Assembly (NCBI RefSeq): GCF_006345805.1
Contig: NC_043011.1
Location: 19,790,464 to 19,854,463 of the forward strand
Direction of reading: 5' to 3'
Source of the DNA: Octopus sinensis
Lineage: Eukaryota
DNA length: 64,000 nt
Shown: one piece after another, positions 37,479 to 49,599 of the stretch
Position numbering within the stretch: position 1 is the stretch's first letter
Layout: every line of letters starts with the position of its first letter
Program-made: the position numbers and the translations under genes
Notes under the pieces: generated by a model
Databases searched by the model: none
Told to the model about the DNA's origin: nothing
The model's input: the letters and a program-made list of their open reading frames with translations, nothing else

Positions 37479-37804
37479 AGCAACAAACAAGATTTATAAA
37501 ATTACCCTATTATTAATTAGGTAGATAGATAGATAGATAGATAGATATAGATAGATAGAAAGAAGTGTTAGTTTGCTCCTCCCCATCTGTTTCGCTTTCA
37601 AAACTAAGCAATGATGGGTTCAACCAATTAAGCAAACTGCCGGGTAAACATAACATGTATGTGACTGAGTATTCCTAGTTTCTGAGCGTTCTGCACGTAA
37701 ATATATCGGGTCGAGTTATCGTGACACACTTTATAATGAAGCCATGGAGATATAAAATATATAAGTTATAGAAGTAGTATTTGTATACACACACACAGAC
37801 ACAA

Positions 37805-37881
<77 letters not shown>

Positions 37882-37935
37882 GACAGACAGAGAGGCAGAC
37901 GGACGGACAGACATACAGACATAGAGACAGACATG

Positions 37936-38053
<118 letters not shown>

Positions 38054-38223
38054 TTGATGATATATATATAATTAATTAATGTATTTATGAATATATTTAT
38101 ATATAAGTTAGGTTGTATGCTGCTCAGAATTTAACACAGTACAGTATAAAGCACCCCACCTGCAGATTTCCCCCGGTTCGATCCAATGCACAATTGAATA
38201 AATTGGAGTCAACATGAAGGAGT

Positions 38224-38596
38224 ACAGTTGGACATTTATTTGTACTCACTAGAATTATTTCCACGCAACGTAGTTCTCCAGACTCGCAGCTATTTGGTCG
38301 CGCCACCGTTTCCCTGCAATGTGATATCTAGTTGTTTCCTCGGGTGATATATCAATAAATATTGTCTCTGTAAATTCAAAATCTCAGCTTCAAGTGCATC
38401 CTTTGTCTGGCGTTCTGATGCGCTGGTAGCTGAGATATTGTGTTAGCAGAGACAATATTATTTATTTATATCACCTGCGAGAACACAATAAGATCACATA
38501 ATGCAGGTTTATGGTTGCACAACCTAATATTTGCGAGGCTGGAGAACTACATTGCGTGAAAACAATTCTAGTGATTACGAATAAATGGCGAACTGT
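38224..38596. mobile_element. Foldback/MITE-like long palindrome (~175-bp arms, short loop)
   Basis: acagttggacatttatt..cactagaatt..cacgcaacgtagttctccag..ggtgatata..aatattgtctctg..atctcagct..gcatc is mirrored by gatgc..agctgagat..cagagacaatatt..tatatcacc..ctggagaactacattgcgtg..aattctagtg..aataaatggcgaactgt. Confidence 0.9.
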
Positions 38597-40429
38597 TTAC
38601 ATACATACATATTATTTGATTCAGCTCCTGCAACTCTTAGAACTTTGCAGGCTCGTAAAACGATCTTTTTTGTAAAGTGGAGGCTTAGCCGGTCTCCTCA
38701 TTCGCGTAAATTTATATTAAGAGTAGAGGAGATACAGGCTTCCCTGCATTGACCCAAAAACATTCTCCTTCTTGCTGATAATCTACGGCTATACATGACT
38801 TTTATTTCGGCACAATTAACTATATCTGGCTTGTTATGTATGCATGTTTAATAAATTTTGATGCGCGTCTTGCACATTCACTTTTAAACATAAATCCCAG
38901 AAAAACTCGACATATCCTACACATAGCCGTTGCATGTGGGATATAATACGATTTGTCGAGATATAATTTATCTGTTAGCTAATACCGCTAAGTTTCAAGG
39001 CCTTGTAAGATTGTAGGTATAGATCTTGTTGTAACAAGGTATGAGCATCTAAGAAATATGTTTTATGGAATATTTTTCATTCCTGAGATTGGAGTACCTC
39101 GATGAAGTATGTTTCATTGAAGATATATACCATAATAAAGTACGTTACGGTAACAAAACTTCTCTTTTAACTCCGTCAGGTATTCTACCCGAACGTTTTA
39201 ACTTCTCTTCAGTATGCCATAATATTTATTAAATTTTATGAATCGTTGATATATTATCTCCTAAGAAGATGTGTTTGTTTCGTTTCGTTCCATGAATTAT
39301 GACAACATAAGTGTTATAAATTTGTTGTTAAATTTCTATCTTTTTCCTATGAAAGTTTATTCTATCAACTTTCAGTATTTGTTAGTAGAGATGAACGAAT
39401 CCTGCTATCGTAATTGTTATAATAGGACATCATATTGATTTTGAACCATCTAATAAACCCAGATTTTTAATTAATCTATCGTCTACATATTTATTTGCTC
39501 ATATAATCTGACTGCTCTTTTCATTGACCTATACGTAAATAAACACTTTTTTAAAATCGATTTATTGATGAACACTTCTAACATGAAATGATCATAATTT
39601 ACCAAAATTATTAAAAGCTCTTATCAGTGTTCGATTTCAAAATAATATAAATTTTTATGTATTTATACAGATATAAACTATGCCTTTTTTGCCTTCATTA
39701 ATTATAAACTAATGTGTTTAATAAGTTATATTACTACAGAAATGTATGAAAGATTCAGATGATAAGACAAATTATGTAAATTGGCTGATGTTGAACCGCC
39801 CTCATTTTCTTACAAAACATTACAACAGAATTTTTTTTTATATATGCTTTATACTAAGAGTACAACAAATAGCTGATCATCCGTCACACATTTTACGCTA
39901 AAGCAATTTAATTATCATGTGCTGATACAGCACCCGGTCTGTATAACTTATTAAAGATGGACTATGCTATGTAACAACACACTTCACTCTAATTTACATA
40001 AGTTAATTGAATAACTTGAATATTCATTAACATCATTCAGCTTAACGCAGCTGAATTTAAAATGTTACAAGTGCAGAAAGTTTAGTTAATATACATTATC
40101 ATGATATAGAAATTGCAGCATTGGGAAATTCAATACCATCCAGATGAATCGTTACATGACGCGAACAACTATCACTAAAACTAGATAACAAGCTGCCACA
40201 CTAATTTTTGAACCAAGCGTAGTTCACTGATCTATGGCCAACTAAATAAGCACACACAAACACACACACTCACACACACAAACACAGGCGAGCGTACAAA
40301 CACGCACACACACTGACATACACATATATATGCGTGCTGTCTGTGAGAGCGGGTTTCGTATCGCTTTTGAATGTCGGCTATGTCAGATTTTTTTATCCTT
40401 TTTATGTTGAATTTAAAATTTATCTTCTA

Positions 40430-40600
40430 TTTCCCTCAGTAATTGGACAACAGCCATGCAGGCGTAACCCACTCAAGGGTTGCAGTTTCTCAAAGCAATG
40501 GCATTTTTTAAAGTCGAGTACTTATTCTGTCAGTCTCTTTGCTGAATCGCTATGTTATGTGCACGTAAGTAGAGACCGTCGGTAACAGACACAAATACGA
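40430..40600 (-). mobile_element. Degenerate SINE family A 3' half (its 5' half is at 47405-47530)
   Basis: cagccatgc...agtacttattctgtcagtctctttgctgaatcgctatgttatg..cacgtaa matches the family A 3' half. Confidence 0.65.
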
Positions 40601-40655
40601 CGCCATATATATGTGTGTGTGTCTATGTGAGTGTATGAGATGACTACACTCCACT

Positions 40656-40725
<70 letters not shown>

Positions 40726-40856
40726 TGTAGGTAGGAAGACAGACAAGCAGAGAGACACACAGACAGAGAGACAGACAGGCAGACAAACAGAAAAACAGAG
40801 AGGTAGATAGGTAGATAGATAGATAGATAGATAGATAGACAGATAGATAGATAGAC

Positions 40857-40902
<46 letters not shown>

Positions 40903-41216
40903 CTTTCTTTTATTAGCCACACAGGGCTGAATACAGAGGGGACAAATACAAATGCAGAGCTTTTCTTTTCGAGGGTGGAAAAAAAAGAAAATAAATGTAA
41001 AATTGCGATCAAAAGGGATCGAGAGGAGGAAAGAAAAAAAAAAAAAGGAAAAAAAAAGGAAATCGTGTATCACAGAAATAATGATATAAACATTGATATA
41101 ACAAAGTTGGGTTCATCCGTAGGAAGAAAAGCCTACAGAAAAGACCACGGGAACCCCAGTCAGGGAGGAAATAACCACATGAGATCAAAATGCTCTCTTT
41201 CTTTCTTTTTTACGAT

Positions 41217-44200
41217 CTACAGGATCATGCTCAAAATGGTTTCGTTACTAGCACGCACCATCTTTGCAACATTCACCCATCTTTTTTTGAATCTTTCGCG
41301 AGACAAAACTTCCCTCTCCATTCTCACCTTCCTTTTCAAGTGGTACTTGAAAAAGTTGATGAGCGATTGGCCATAGAGGTAAGTGTTTGTCTCTAATCCT
41401 TTCGCTCGAGTCCACCACATATATTCTTTCACCATGGCCACCAGTACGATGAAAACTGCCTTGCCTTCCCGGTAGAGGAAAGGGGGCGGAGCAATTCCTA
41501 CGATAGACTCGGCCGATAGGCGGATTCGTCCCACACGTGACAGCAGCCGTTCGGCATAAGCCCACAGGTCGGAAATGGTTGGACATTGCACGAGTGCGTG
41601 CAGAACGGTTTCGTCGCTCTGACCGCATCTCGGGCAAGTCGGTCCAGTGTGTCTGGAACCGTGTCTGTAGAGCTTATCCCGAACAGGTAATGCTTCTCGA
41701 TAGCACTGCCAGGCCAGGGATCTTTGGTGATTGTTCATAGGTCCCGGCCCGAAAGTTGTCCTGAACAGGCGGGTCAGGTGTTCCTCGTCGACGCCCAGAC
41801 TCTGCCCGAGTTCGTCGTCGCACCTCCCCTCCACTAATCCTCTATAGAATGCCTTTATTGTGATGGAGTCGCACAAGTTCGATCCCGGACGGCAGAGTTG
41901 CTTGAGAGCAACGTGACACGCGCGGTGCCATTCGCCTAGCCTCGGTCTCTGCTTGATCCATGACTGTAGTTCGTCCAAGGAGACGAGCTGCGGGAAAGCG
42001 CGCCGCACAAAAGGCGACCACACCTGTTCACCTTTGTCTATGAAGCGCCGGAGATGTCGCAGTCTCAGCGCATGTCTGCGCATCATCAACCACGGCATGC
42101 CCAGCCCTCCATTTAGCGGGTGTTGGCAGCAAATGGATCGCCTAACCATCGGAACGTTTCCCTTCTACAAGAAGCGGAAGAGTATGCGTTCCAGTTTGGT
42201 GATGGTAGGGTCGGGACAAGGCACGACGGTCAGACGATACTCGATGACGGATGCGATGTACGCGTTCGCCACCTCCGCCCGACCTTTTAGGGATAGCTTT
42301 CTCTCAGCCCATTTCTGGGTGAGAGTAGCCACCCTAGTCGTTATCTCGCCCCAGTTCTTCTCCATTTGGAGGTCCGGACCGAACCAGACCCCGAGCAATT
42401 TAACCGGTCCGTCCGTCCATCGTCCCACGATGGAGACGCTGTTGGACGGCATGGGCTTGCTTCTCCAGGTGCCGAGCCGCAAGCCCACTGACTTTTCCCG
42501 GTTAATTTTTGCTCCCGTTACCGCTTCGTATTCTTTTAGTGTCTCGCCGACCAGCTCGATGTGCTCGTAGCTCGACACTATGACGGTGACGTCATCCGCG
42601 TATGCAGACACGCTCCTCCCGCATCCGAGCTCTCGTGGGATGCCCCTCAGCGTCGCCAGTTTCCGCAGTAGTGGCTCAAGAGTCAGTACATACAGCAGCG
42701 ATAAGAGGGGGCATCCCTGACGAACCGAACGCATGATGTTAAAAGGTCTGGATAGATGACCATTTACGCGAACTACTGAGCGGATGCCGCTGTATAAGGC
42801 AGCGATCCAACCGCGGAAAACTGGACCGAAACCAGCCGCTTTAAGGACAGCCTCCAAGTAGTGATGGTCTACCCTATCGAAGGCTTTTGATTGATCCAAA
42901 TTGATCAGCGCCCCACCCATGCCAGGATTTTTAACTACCCTGTCTATGATGTAGCGCATCAGATGGAGGTTGTCATGAATACTTCTACCCGGCACGGCGC
43001 ATGTTTGCGCCTTGTCGATTAGTTTCTTGATGACAAGCGCCAACCTCTCGGCTAACACCTTGGCCAAAAAATTTCAAATCTGCGTTGAGCAGAGTGATGG
43101 GCCTGAAATTATCTATGACGTCCCCCTTGTTTGGGTCTTTCTTGATCAGTGCCACTGCTCCTCGCTTTACAAAAGCAGGAATACTCCCGTTCTGCTGCCA
43201 GTTGCAGTAGACAGCTGCCAAGACGCCTCCAAACAAGTCTGGCATATGAAAATAAAGTTCGTAGGGCAGACAATCCAAGCCTGGTGACTTGTCTCTCGCG
43301 CAGCCTACCATCGCATCCTGTACGTCCGCAGCTGTGACAGGCTTTTCACAAGACTCCACCTCTCTTGCTGAGAGTCGTGGCAAGGCATGCAGGTAGACAC
43401 TAAAGTCCACTCTGCGTTCTGACTCACCACTTGTCCCAAACAGTTGGGTGAAGTGTTGTTGAAAAGCCCCACACATCCTTTTAGGCTCGAGCAATTCGCG
43501 CCCCTGTTCATCTATAAGAGACTTGATGGTGGCTCTGTTGCCTCGTTGCGTCTCCACCACTTGGGCCTCTTGGGCGGCTCCAACTCCTTCGTTCCTCAGA
43601 GCACGCATCCTAGCTCTGACAACGCATCCCTCGTGTTTGGCGTTGAGGTGTTGGTCGAGGGCCAATCTCGCCGCCAGCACGTTGGACGCGATGCCAGTTC
43701 TAAGTGCCTCTTCTAAAACCTAAACTAATTCTCCCTCTATTCTATTTCGGTCTAATGCTAGGGCTCTACTGTATCTGACTGATTCTGCTTTAATTGCTTT
43801 TTTTAGGGCATACCACCATCTGTTGTTGATGATGGTACCCGTCAAAGCTCTCTTAACTAATGTGCTGATCCGGTCCCTGTAAACCTGTCGTGCTGTAAAA
43901 GACGCGTTCAGTTTCCAGTAACCAGGACCCTGCCTAAGTCAAGTGTACAAGTCACAAAAGTGTGATCTGTGTAACTGACTATATGAAATTGTGGACAACC
44001 TACACTATTTTTATCTATTGTCCTACAGAATACTCTATCTAAGTATGATCTGGACGACCCGATGCGGTTACTCCGTGTCCACATTGGCACATTCGGGTGG
44101 TCCAGTCGGTACCTGTCAGACAGTTGGAAACGTCTGAGTAGGTCTTTGAGGCATTTGCATCCCCTTCTATTGCTATCTCTGCCCACGTAGTCTAGATGCG

Positions 44201-44638
44201 TGTTCAGGGTGGCATTCCAATCCCCCACTAAAAGTAAAGGACGAGACGTTCCCATGAAAGACTCTAGACGTCGAAAGAAATCTGGTCGGCCTGTTAAGGA
44301 CGGAGCATAAACTGCTATCAGTTGAAAAGCACACTCATTGCTGCCATCGATATCCAAAACGACCAGCCTACCCTCCGGGTCTAGGAAATTTGCTCTTTGA
44401 GATCCAGACTCTTTCGGATAAGCACCGCGGTGCCACCTCCGCCCATTCTCGGTAGACACGGAGAAAAATAAATGATGAAATGTGTACCGAAAATGTGCTG
44501 GAGTGCCCGCAAGCTGTGGAGTCTGGTCTCACTGATGGCTATGATATCCAGATTTAGTGATTTGATGTTATTTAACAGGTAGCCTTGTTTCCAAGGCGAC
44601 CCCAAACCACGTACATTTATACTGCCTATTCTGAGCAT
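41217..44638 (-). pseudogene. LINE ORF2 (APE endonuclease, reverse transcriptase, zf-RVT-like C-terminus), split by about 5 frameshifts/stops
   Basis: MLRIGSINVRGL..IAISETRL; AVYAP..LVGDWN..SYLDRVF..YTDH; KSPGLDCLPYELY; NFRPITLLNADLK; NLDQSKAFDRVDH; VRQGCPL; AYADDV; CPRCGQSDETVLHALVQC. Spread across ORFs 44381-44680, 43908-44459, 42985-43680, 42165-43067 and 41217-42149. Confidence 0.95.
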
Positions 44639-44704
44639 GTTCCGATAAAATTGTGTTTTACACACGAAAAGAAAGTGCAAAAAAGGAAAGAGAGAGAGAA
44701 AAGG

Positions 44705-46713
44705 TTACTTGTTCGAAAGTCCTTTGTCTTTCACCTCACGGTCTTCTTCTATGAGGCTTTTGTACAGTTTTTTCGATGAATACTTTTGAAATCCCCCTAC
44801 TGCATCAGGGTAAAGAGATTTCAGGGTGCTGTATGTGTTCTGTGTTACGTGTATTATTTTAATGTGTTGTGGTGGTGTTGTGTGTGGGTGGTTACTTGTT
44901 TTTATGTCGTTTTCAGTTATGTTGGTGTTTGACCTAATGTGTTCCATTAGGTCGTGGTTGTTTGTGTTTATGGCTGTCAACATTGTTGGGGGGTTTGATG
45001 ATGGTGTGTTTGTGTTGATGTGTTTGTTTTCTGTGGATGTTTTTGTGTCGGGAGTGGTGTATCTTCCTGCTTTATTTGTTATTTTTTCTTTTCTTTTTTT
45101 TCCCGTTTTTCTTCTCCCCCCTGTGGCTATTTGCCAATCTTCGTGTCTTCTTCGTCTAATGACAAATCAGACGAATCAGAGCTGGAAGAGGGAAAATATT
45201 GGGGTCTATGTCGACTGTGTTGATTTTGTTGTTGGTGTTGGTTGGTGAGCGTTTGGTTGTGGTGTATGCGGTTTTGGAGGTGGGGTTTGGGTATTTTGTG
45301 TTTGAGTGATTGTAGGTATTGTTGTGTTGTTTGGGGTCTCAATTTTGTGGGGATTTGGAGTTGTAATTGTTTCTTCATTTTTGCTGAGTGTCTTTTTGGC
45401 AGATGTCCTTGGTTTGGGAGTTGGTGTATTCTTGGTTGTTGTTGTTGGTGATGCTGCTTCTGTTCTTGGTGCTGCAGTTGGTGTGGTTGTTTGGTTGGTG
45501 AGGTTTGTTCCTGGAAAACGTGGTGTGGGCAGTAAACCTTGTTTATTTGTTTTTGCTTCCGGCTGCTGTTGTTGTTGCTGTTGTTTTCTTGCGGCAGATT
45601 TGCAGTCTTTTTTTAGGTGTTGCTCACTGCCGCATATGTAGCAACGTGGTCTTCTGCCATCGACGACCACATATAACTTGTGGTCGTCTGATACACATAT
45701 CTGGGTGGGTATTTTTTTTATATCTTCATGATGTATATGTAGAAGAAATTCTACTTTTTTTCCCACCCAGTTTTTATGCTCTGTGACCGTGGTTTCCAAA
45801 ATAGTAAAATTCGTCATTTTTACGCATAAGGCCTTTACAAGCCATAGATTATTGGCTATTTTGGGGACATTGTTTAAAGTGATCTTAGTCACTTTCTGTC
45901 CCCGATAGCTCGGTGTAAGTTGGAGTTCATCTGAGTGAAGAGTTAGCGTTGAGAAACGTCTAGCCAACTCTTCGGTGTGGAAAACAACTTGTATGTGGGC
46001 AAATTTGTTCCACCAGGTCACATAGTCTTTGTGATTCCAGATGGGTTTCAAGCACTTCTCTATTTTGCTTGTGTTAGGCTTCTCTGGGCTTTTTGTTTTT
46101 TTGTTAACTATTTTATAAATAATTGTTCTTCTTTTTTCATCTTCCGAAATGTCTTCTGGTATGTTTATCTTCACTATACCATCTAATTCTGTTATTGTAA
46201 TGTTCGTGTCCTGTATTTGTTGAGCCGTAAAATATATTGTTGTTTTTTTTCTTTAATCGCCTCAGCGAAATTGTTTGTTGTTTTGTTATTGTTGTTGCTG
46301 GTGGTGATGTTGTTGTTGGCTGCAGTTTGTAAAATTGGTGTGTTTGGTTCGATTGTGCAAGTAGGAAGGGGTGGAAAATTATTTTCATAATTTATCCCTG
46401 TAGTCGGGCAGCTTTTGACAATTTGTTTGATTTTTACAGTTTTTTGTTTAGTTACTTCAGTTTTTGTTGTTGGAGTAAAACAGGTCTGAACGGAGTTGTT
46501 GTTGTTGTTGTTTTTGTTGTTGGTGGTGGTGTCAGTGGCAGAAGAGACAGCCGAGGCAGCAGATATCGAAACGGTGTCGCAATTATTGTTATTCTTGTTG
46601 TCATTGTTGTTGTTCTTGGTAGTTGAGGTAGTGGATGACGTGGTGGTGGTGGTGGTGGTGGTTTGAGTATTATCCATTTCACTGTCAGCGCGTTTGTCGA
46701 TTGTATTTTGCAA
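44705..46713 (-). pseudogene. LINE ORF1 (gag-like, CCHC zinc knuckle, Thr/Asn/Gln/Pro-rich low complexity), frameshifted
   Basis: ORFs 46192-46713, 45206-46174 (VVVDGRRPRCYICGSEQHLKKDC), 45127-45378 and 44705-44983 lie immediately upstream of ORF2 on the same strand. Confidence 0.85.
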
Positions 46714-47196
46714 ACTGGGAAAATTTTTCTTCAGAAAACATAGCAGAATATTTTTCCACTATAAGATTTCTTGACATTATTATTTTTTGTTTCAAGAGAA
46801 AAAAATAAAAATAAATTGAAAATGCCCTTACGGGCGATTTCTATATTTAACACAGGCTCAAACGAAAGTAGAGCGTTTGGAAAGTCACAACACTACGACA
46901 ATGTGGAACGTAAATAATGGATACAAACGGGAAGAAAGAGAACAGCGTTCGTAATTTACTAGAAACGCTTCGCCGACGTTATGTTAAAAAAAACAAGTTA
47001 TTGCAGCCAAAATTGTGAAATATATTTGAGGCTGAAAATGCCCCTAGGGGCATAATCCCCTCCGGAAAACACACCCAGACGACAGCTGGGTGTCTTACAC
47101 ACTCCGTGTGCAAAATTTACAACGAGACTTTTCGAGAAACACAATAAAATAAGTAGTTAACTTACGAGTCGATCAGTCAACGAATACTATCAAAAG

Positions 47197-47404
<208 letters not shown>

Positions 47405-47530
47405 ATGACATTGGCTTCTTCGAGTTTCCATCTACTAAATGGATTCACAAGTCTTCTGTCTAGACTGGGCTGCAGTAGAATCCACTTTGCCCAAGGAGCC
47501 ACGTACTGGAACTCAAACCGAAACCGTGTG
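47405..47530 (-). mobile_element. Degenerate SINE family A 5' half
   Basis: ggcttcttcgagtttccatctactaaatggattcacaag...cagtagaa..cactttgcccaaggagccacg...aaaccgtgtg aligns to 6540-6657. Confidence 0.75.
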
Positions 47531-48126
47531 ACCATCATTTCAAAGACCATGTTAAAACTAACTTGGAACAATCGTTTCCGTCAAACGAATTATTATTCTC
47601 TACTCCTTCCGGATTGAATCTCTGTGTTACTTTTTTTTAAAAGACGCGTGTGTGTGCGGTGTGAGCGCGCGCGCTCGTGCGTATTTATATGCGGGTTTGC
47701 ATATTACATTCAGGAACTATTTTGTTTCACTACTTACTGAGAATGTGTTCTTCCTTGTTTCATTTTCTTTTTTTTCTTTTTTTGTTCCGAAGTTTCGTCC
47801 TTCCATCACATGGTCACGATTCCATATCTAAGATAAATAATTATCCATGCTCGTATGCATTTGTACTTAGAATCTGCCAACACATATAGAAGGTTAGTTG
47901 TATTGTACATACATGATATACAAACAAGTAGGACCGGCGACATTTAAACATTATAATATTCATAGCTAACATTAAAATACTTCCTCCTTCTATAGAATAA
48001 GTATAAGAAAACTCTTGATGGCAAGGAAGTATTCATTCGAAAAACATCTATTTTCAGACTTGCGGATTAACCATAATGTCTATTTACACAGACGCAACTG
48101 TTTACGCTTACACAGAATACGCCATA

Positions 48127-48389
48127 TTCTTTTATTCTTTCACTTGTTTCAGTCATATGATTGTGGTCATGCTGGAGCACTGTCTTTAGTCGATCAAATC
48201 GACCACAGTAATTATTCTTTGTAAATGTAGTACTTCATCTACCGATCTCTTTTGCTGAACAGCCAAATCACAGAGACGTAAACTCACCAAATCGGTTAAT
48301 AAATATTTGTTATATGTACAACAATCCAGATATTTGAATACCCTGTTTTTTCTAATATATATATATTATATAATATATATATAAATATA

Positions 48390-48484
<95 letters not shown>

Positions 48485-48920
48485 ATATATATATATATTA
48501 GAAGAAATAAGGTATTTAGAGATCTGGATGGTTGTACATATACAAATATTTATTAGTATGCCATTTGTTTTTACAAATCACATATTTTCATCTACTCTAA
48601 TAGATTCCTCAGATGTAAGTCGTGTGAAGGAATTTGTCTCTTTTTATAGTATTAGTGAATGGGTTCGGATGGAGAGAGAGCGGGGAAAAAAGAAAAATAA
48701 TATAGAGTGTAAAGGGTAGAAAAAGAGGAGAGGAGATGGGGAGATTATGGAGGGAGAAAGTGAGAGAGAGTGTGTGTGTGTATGCGTGGGTGTGTGTGTG
48801 CCTGTGTATCTGAAAGGAAGTGTTTATGTATATATACGACGTGTTTCTTTCCTCTTCTGTCTACCACATCCACTCACCAAGCTTTGGTCGGCCCAAGGCC
48901 ATAGTAGAAGACAGTTGACC

Positions 48921-48925
<5 letters not shown>
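48127..48925 (-). mobile_element. SINE family A split by inserted sequence (3' half 48127-48296; 5' part 48835-48925)
   Basis: cttgtttcagtcatatgattgtggtcatgctggagcac... and ctaccacatccactcaccaagctttggtcggcccaaggccatagtagaagaca are in the same orientation and correct order. Confidence 0.7.
48297..48555. repeat. ~260-bp palindrome: ~60-bp inverted arms around a (TA)n centre
   Basis: taataaatatttgttatatgtacaacaatccagatatttgaataccctgttttttctaata vs tattagaagaaataaggtatttagagatctggatggttgtacatatacaaatatttatta (reverse complement). Confidence 0.88.
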
Positions 48926-48964
<39 letters not shown>

Positions 48965-49141
48965 TGAGTGTATTTTTACCTTGTTAACAATTAACACGGA
49001 AAAAATAAATATATAAATAAATAGGAGAAGATTGCATTGTTTATACCATTTATTCTTTTGAATAGTATCAGTGGAATTTTCGAAACATGTGTCGAAAGTA
49101 AAAATATTTGATTACACCTGCGTTAACTCCATTTTTAATTC

Positions 49142-49174
<33 letters not shown>

Positions 49175-49285
49175 CATACATATATGTGCTGATATATATA
49201 TACACATATATACAGATATGTATGTATGTATATATATATATATTATATATATATATATTTGTATGTATATTTGAAATCCAAAGGC

Positions 49286-49356
49286 TTTCCACTGATGAAG
49301 ACTGGCCTTCAGCAAATATTTTTTGCTGGAAATAGTTAGAAACCATGGTCTGGGAA
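49286..49356 (+). ncRNA. Type I hammerhead ribozyme motif with GUC cleavage triplet
   Basis: tttcca-CTGATGA-agact...(cagcaaa/tttgctg hairpin)...agtta-GAAA-ccatgg-TC-tgggaa. Stem I tttcca:tgggaa; palindromic stem III accatggt; predicted cut after C49350. Confidence 0.75.
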
Positions 49357-49564
49357 ATAATTGAGATGGTAAACGTTTTTAATTCTCATTCCTTTCGAGA
49401 ATTTATCCTTAATTGGTGGTTTGAGTTTTCTACTGCTCTTTCTAGCACATGCCTTTCCTCTTTGGAAGCCTCTTGTTTTATTTCTATGTGAATAATATAT
49501 AGTCTAATGACTAATTCGTTTTGTGCTAGGCCACTGGTAATAATAATTTCTTATTACCCTATTG

Positions 49565-49599
<35 letters not shown>

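Larger units (their letters stand above)
37107..37492. mobile_element. Second copy of the tRNA-(AAT)n-hammerhead element, as a head-to-head inverted structure inside (GATA)n
   Basis: A full minus-strand copy at 37107-37415 is joined at cccacgg to a plus-strand partial copy at 37415-37492 (ggttcaatatttccctaagacacctgatgaaggctggagggtatattagccgaaac). Confidence 0.85.
40902..47196 (-). mobile_element. Near full-length L1/Tx1-clade non-LTR retrotransposon (5'UTR, ORF1, ORF2, 3'UTR), frameshifted
   Basis: ORF1 with a CCHC knuckle; ORF2 with APE endonuclease, RT and a C-terminal Cys motif; 3' end ...ggctaataaaagaaagtt. Flanked on both sides by (GATA)n. Confidence 0.95.

Noticed and set aside
40975-46626. 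Plus-strand ORFs over the LINE (e.g. 41953-42570, 44826-45248, 45306-45641)
   Set aside because: Antisense shadows of LINE ORF1/ORF2 with no independent motifs.
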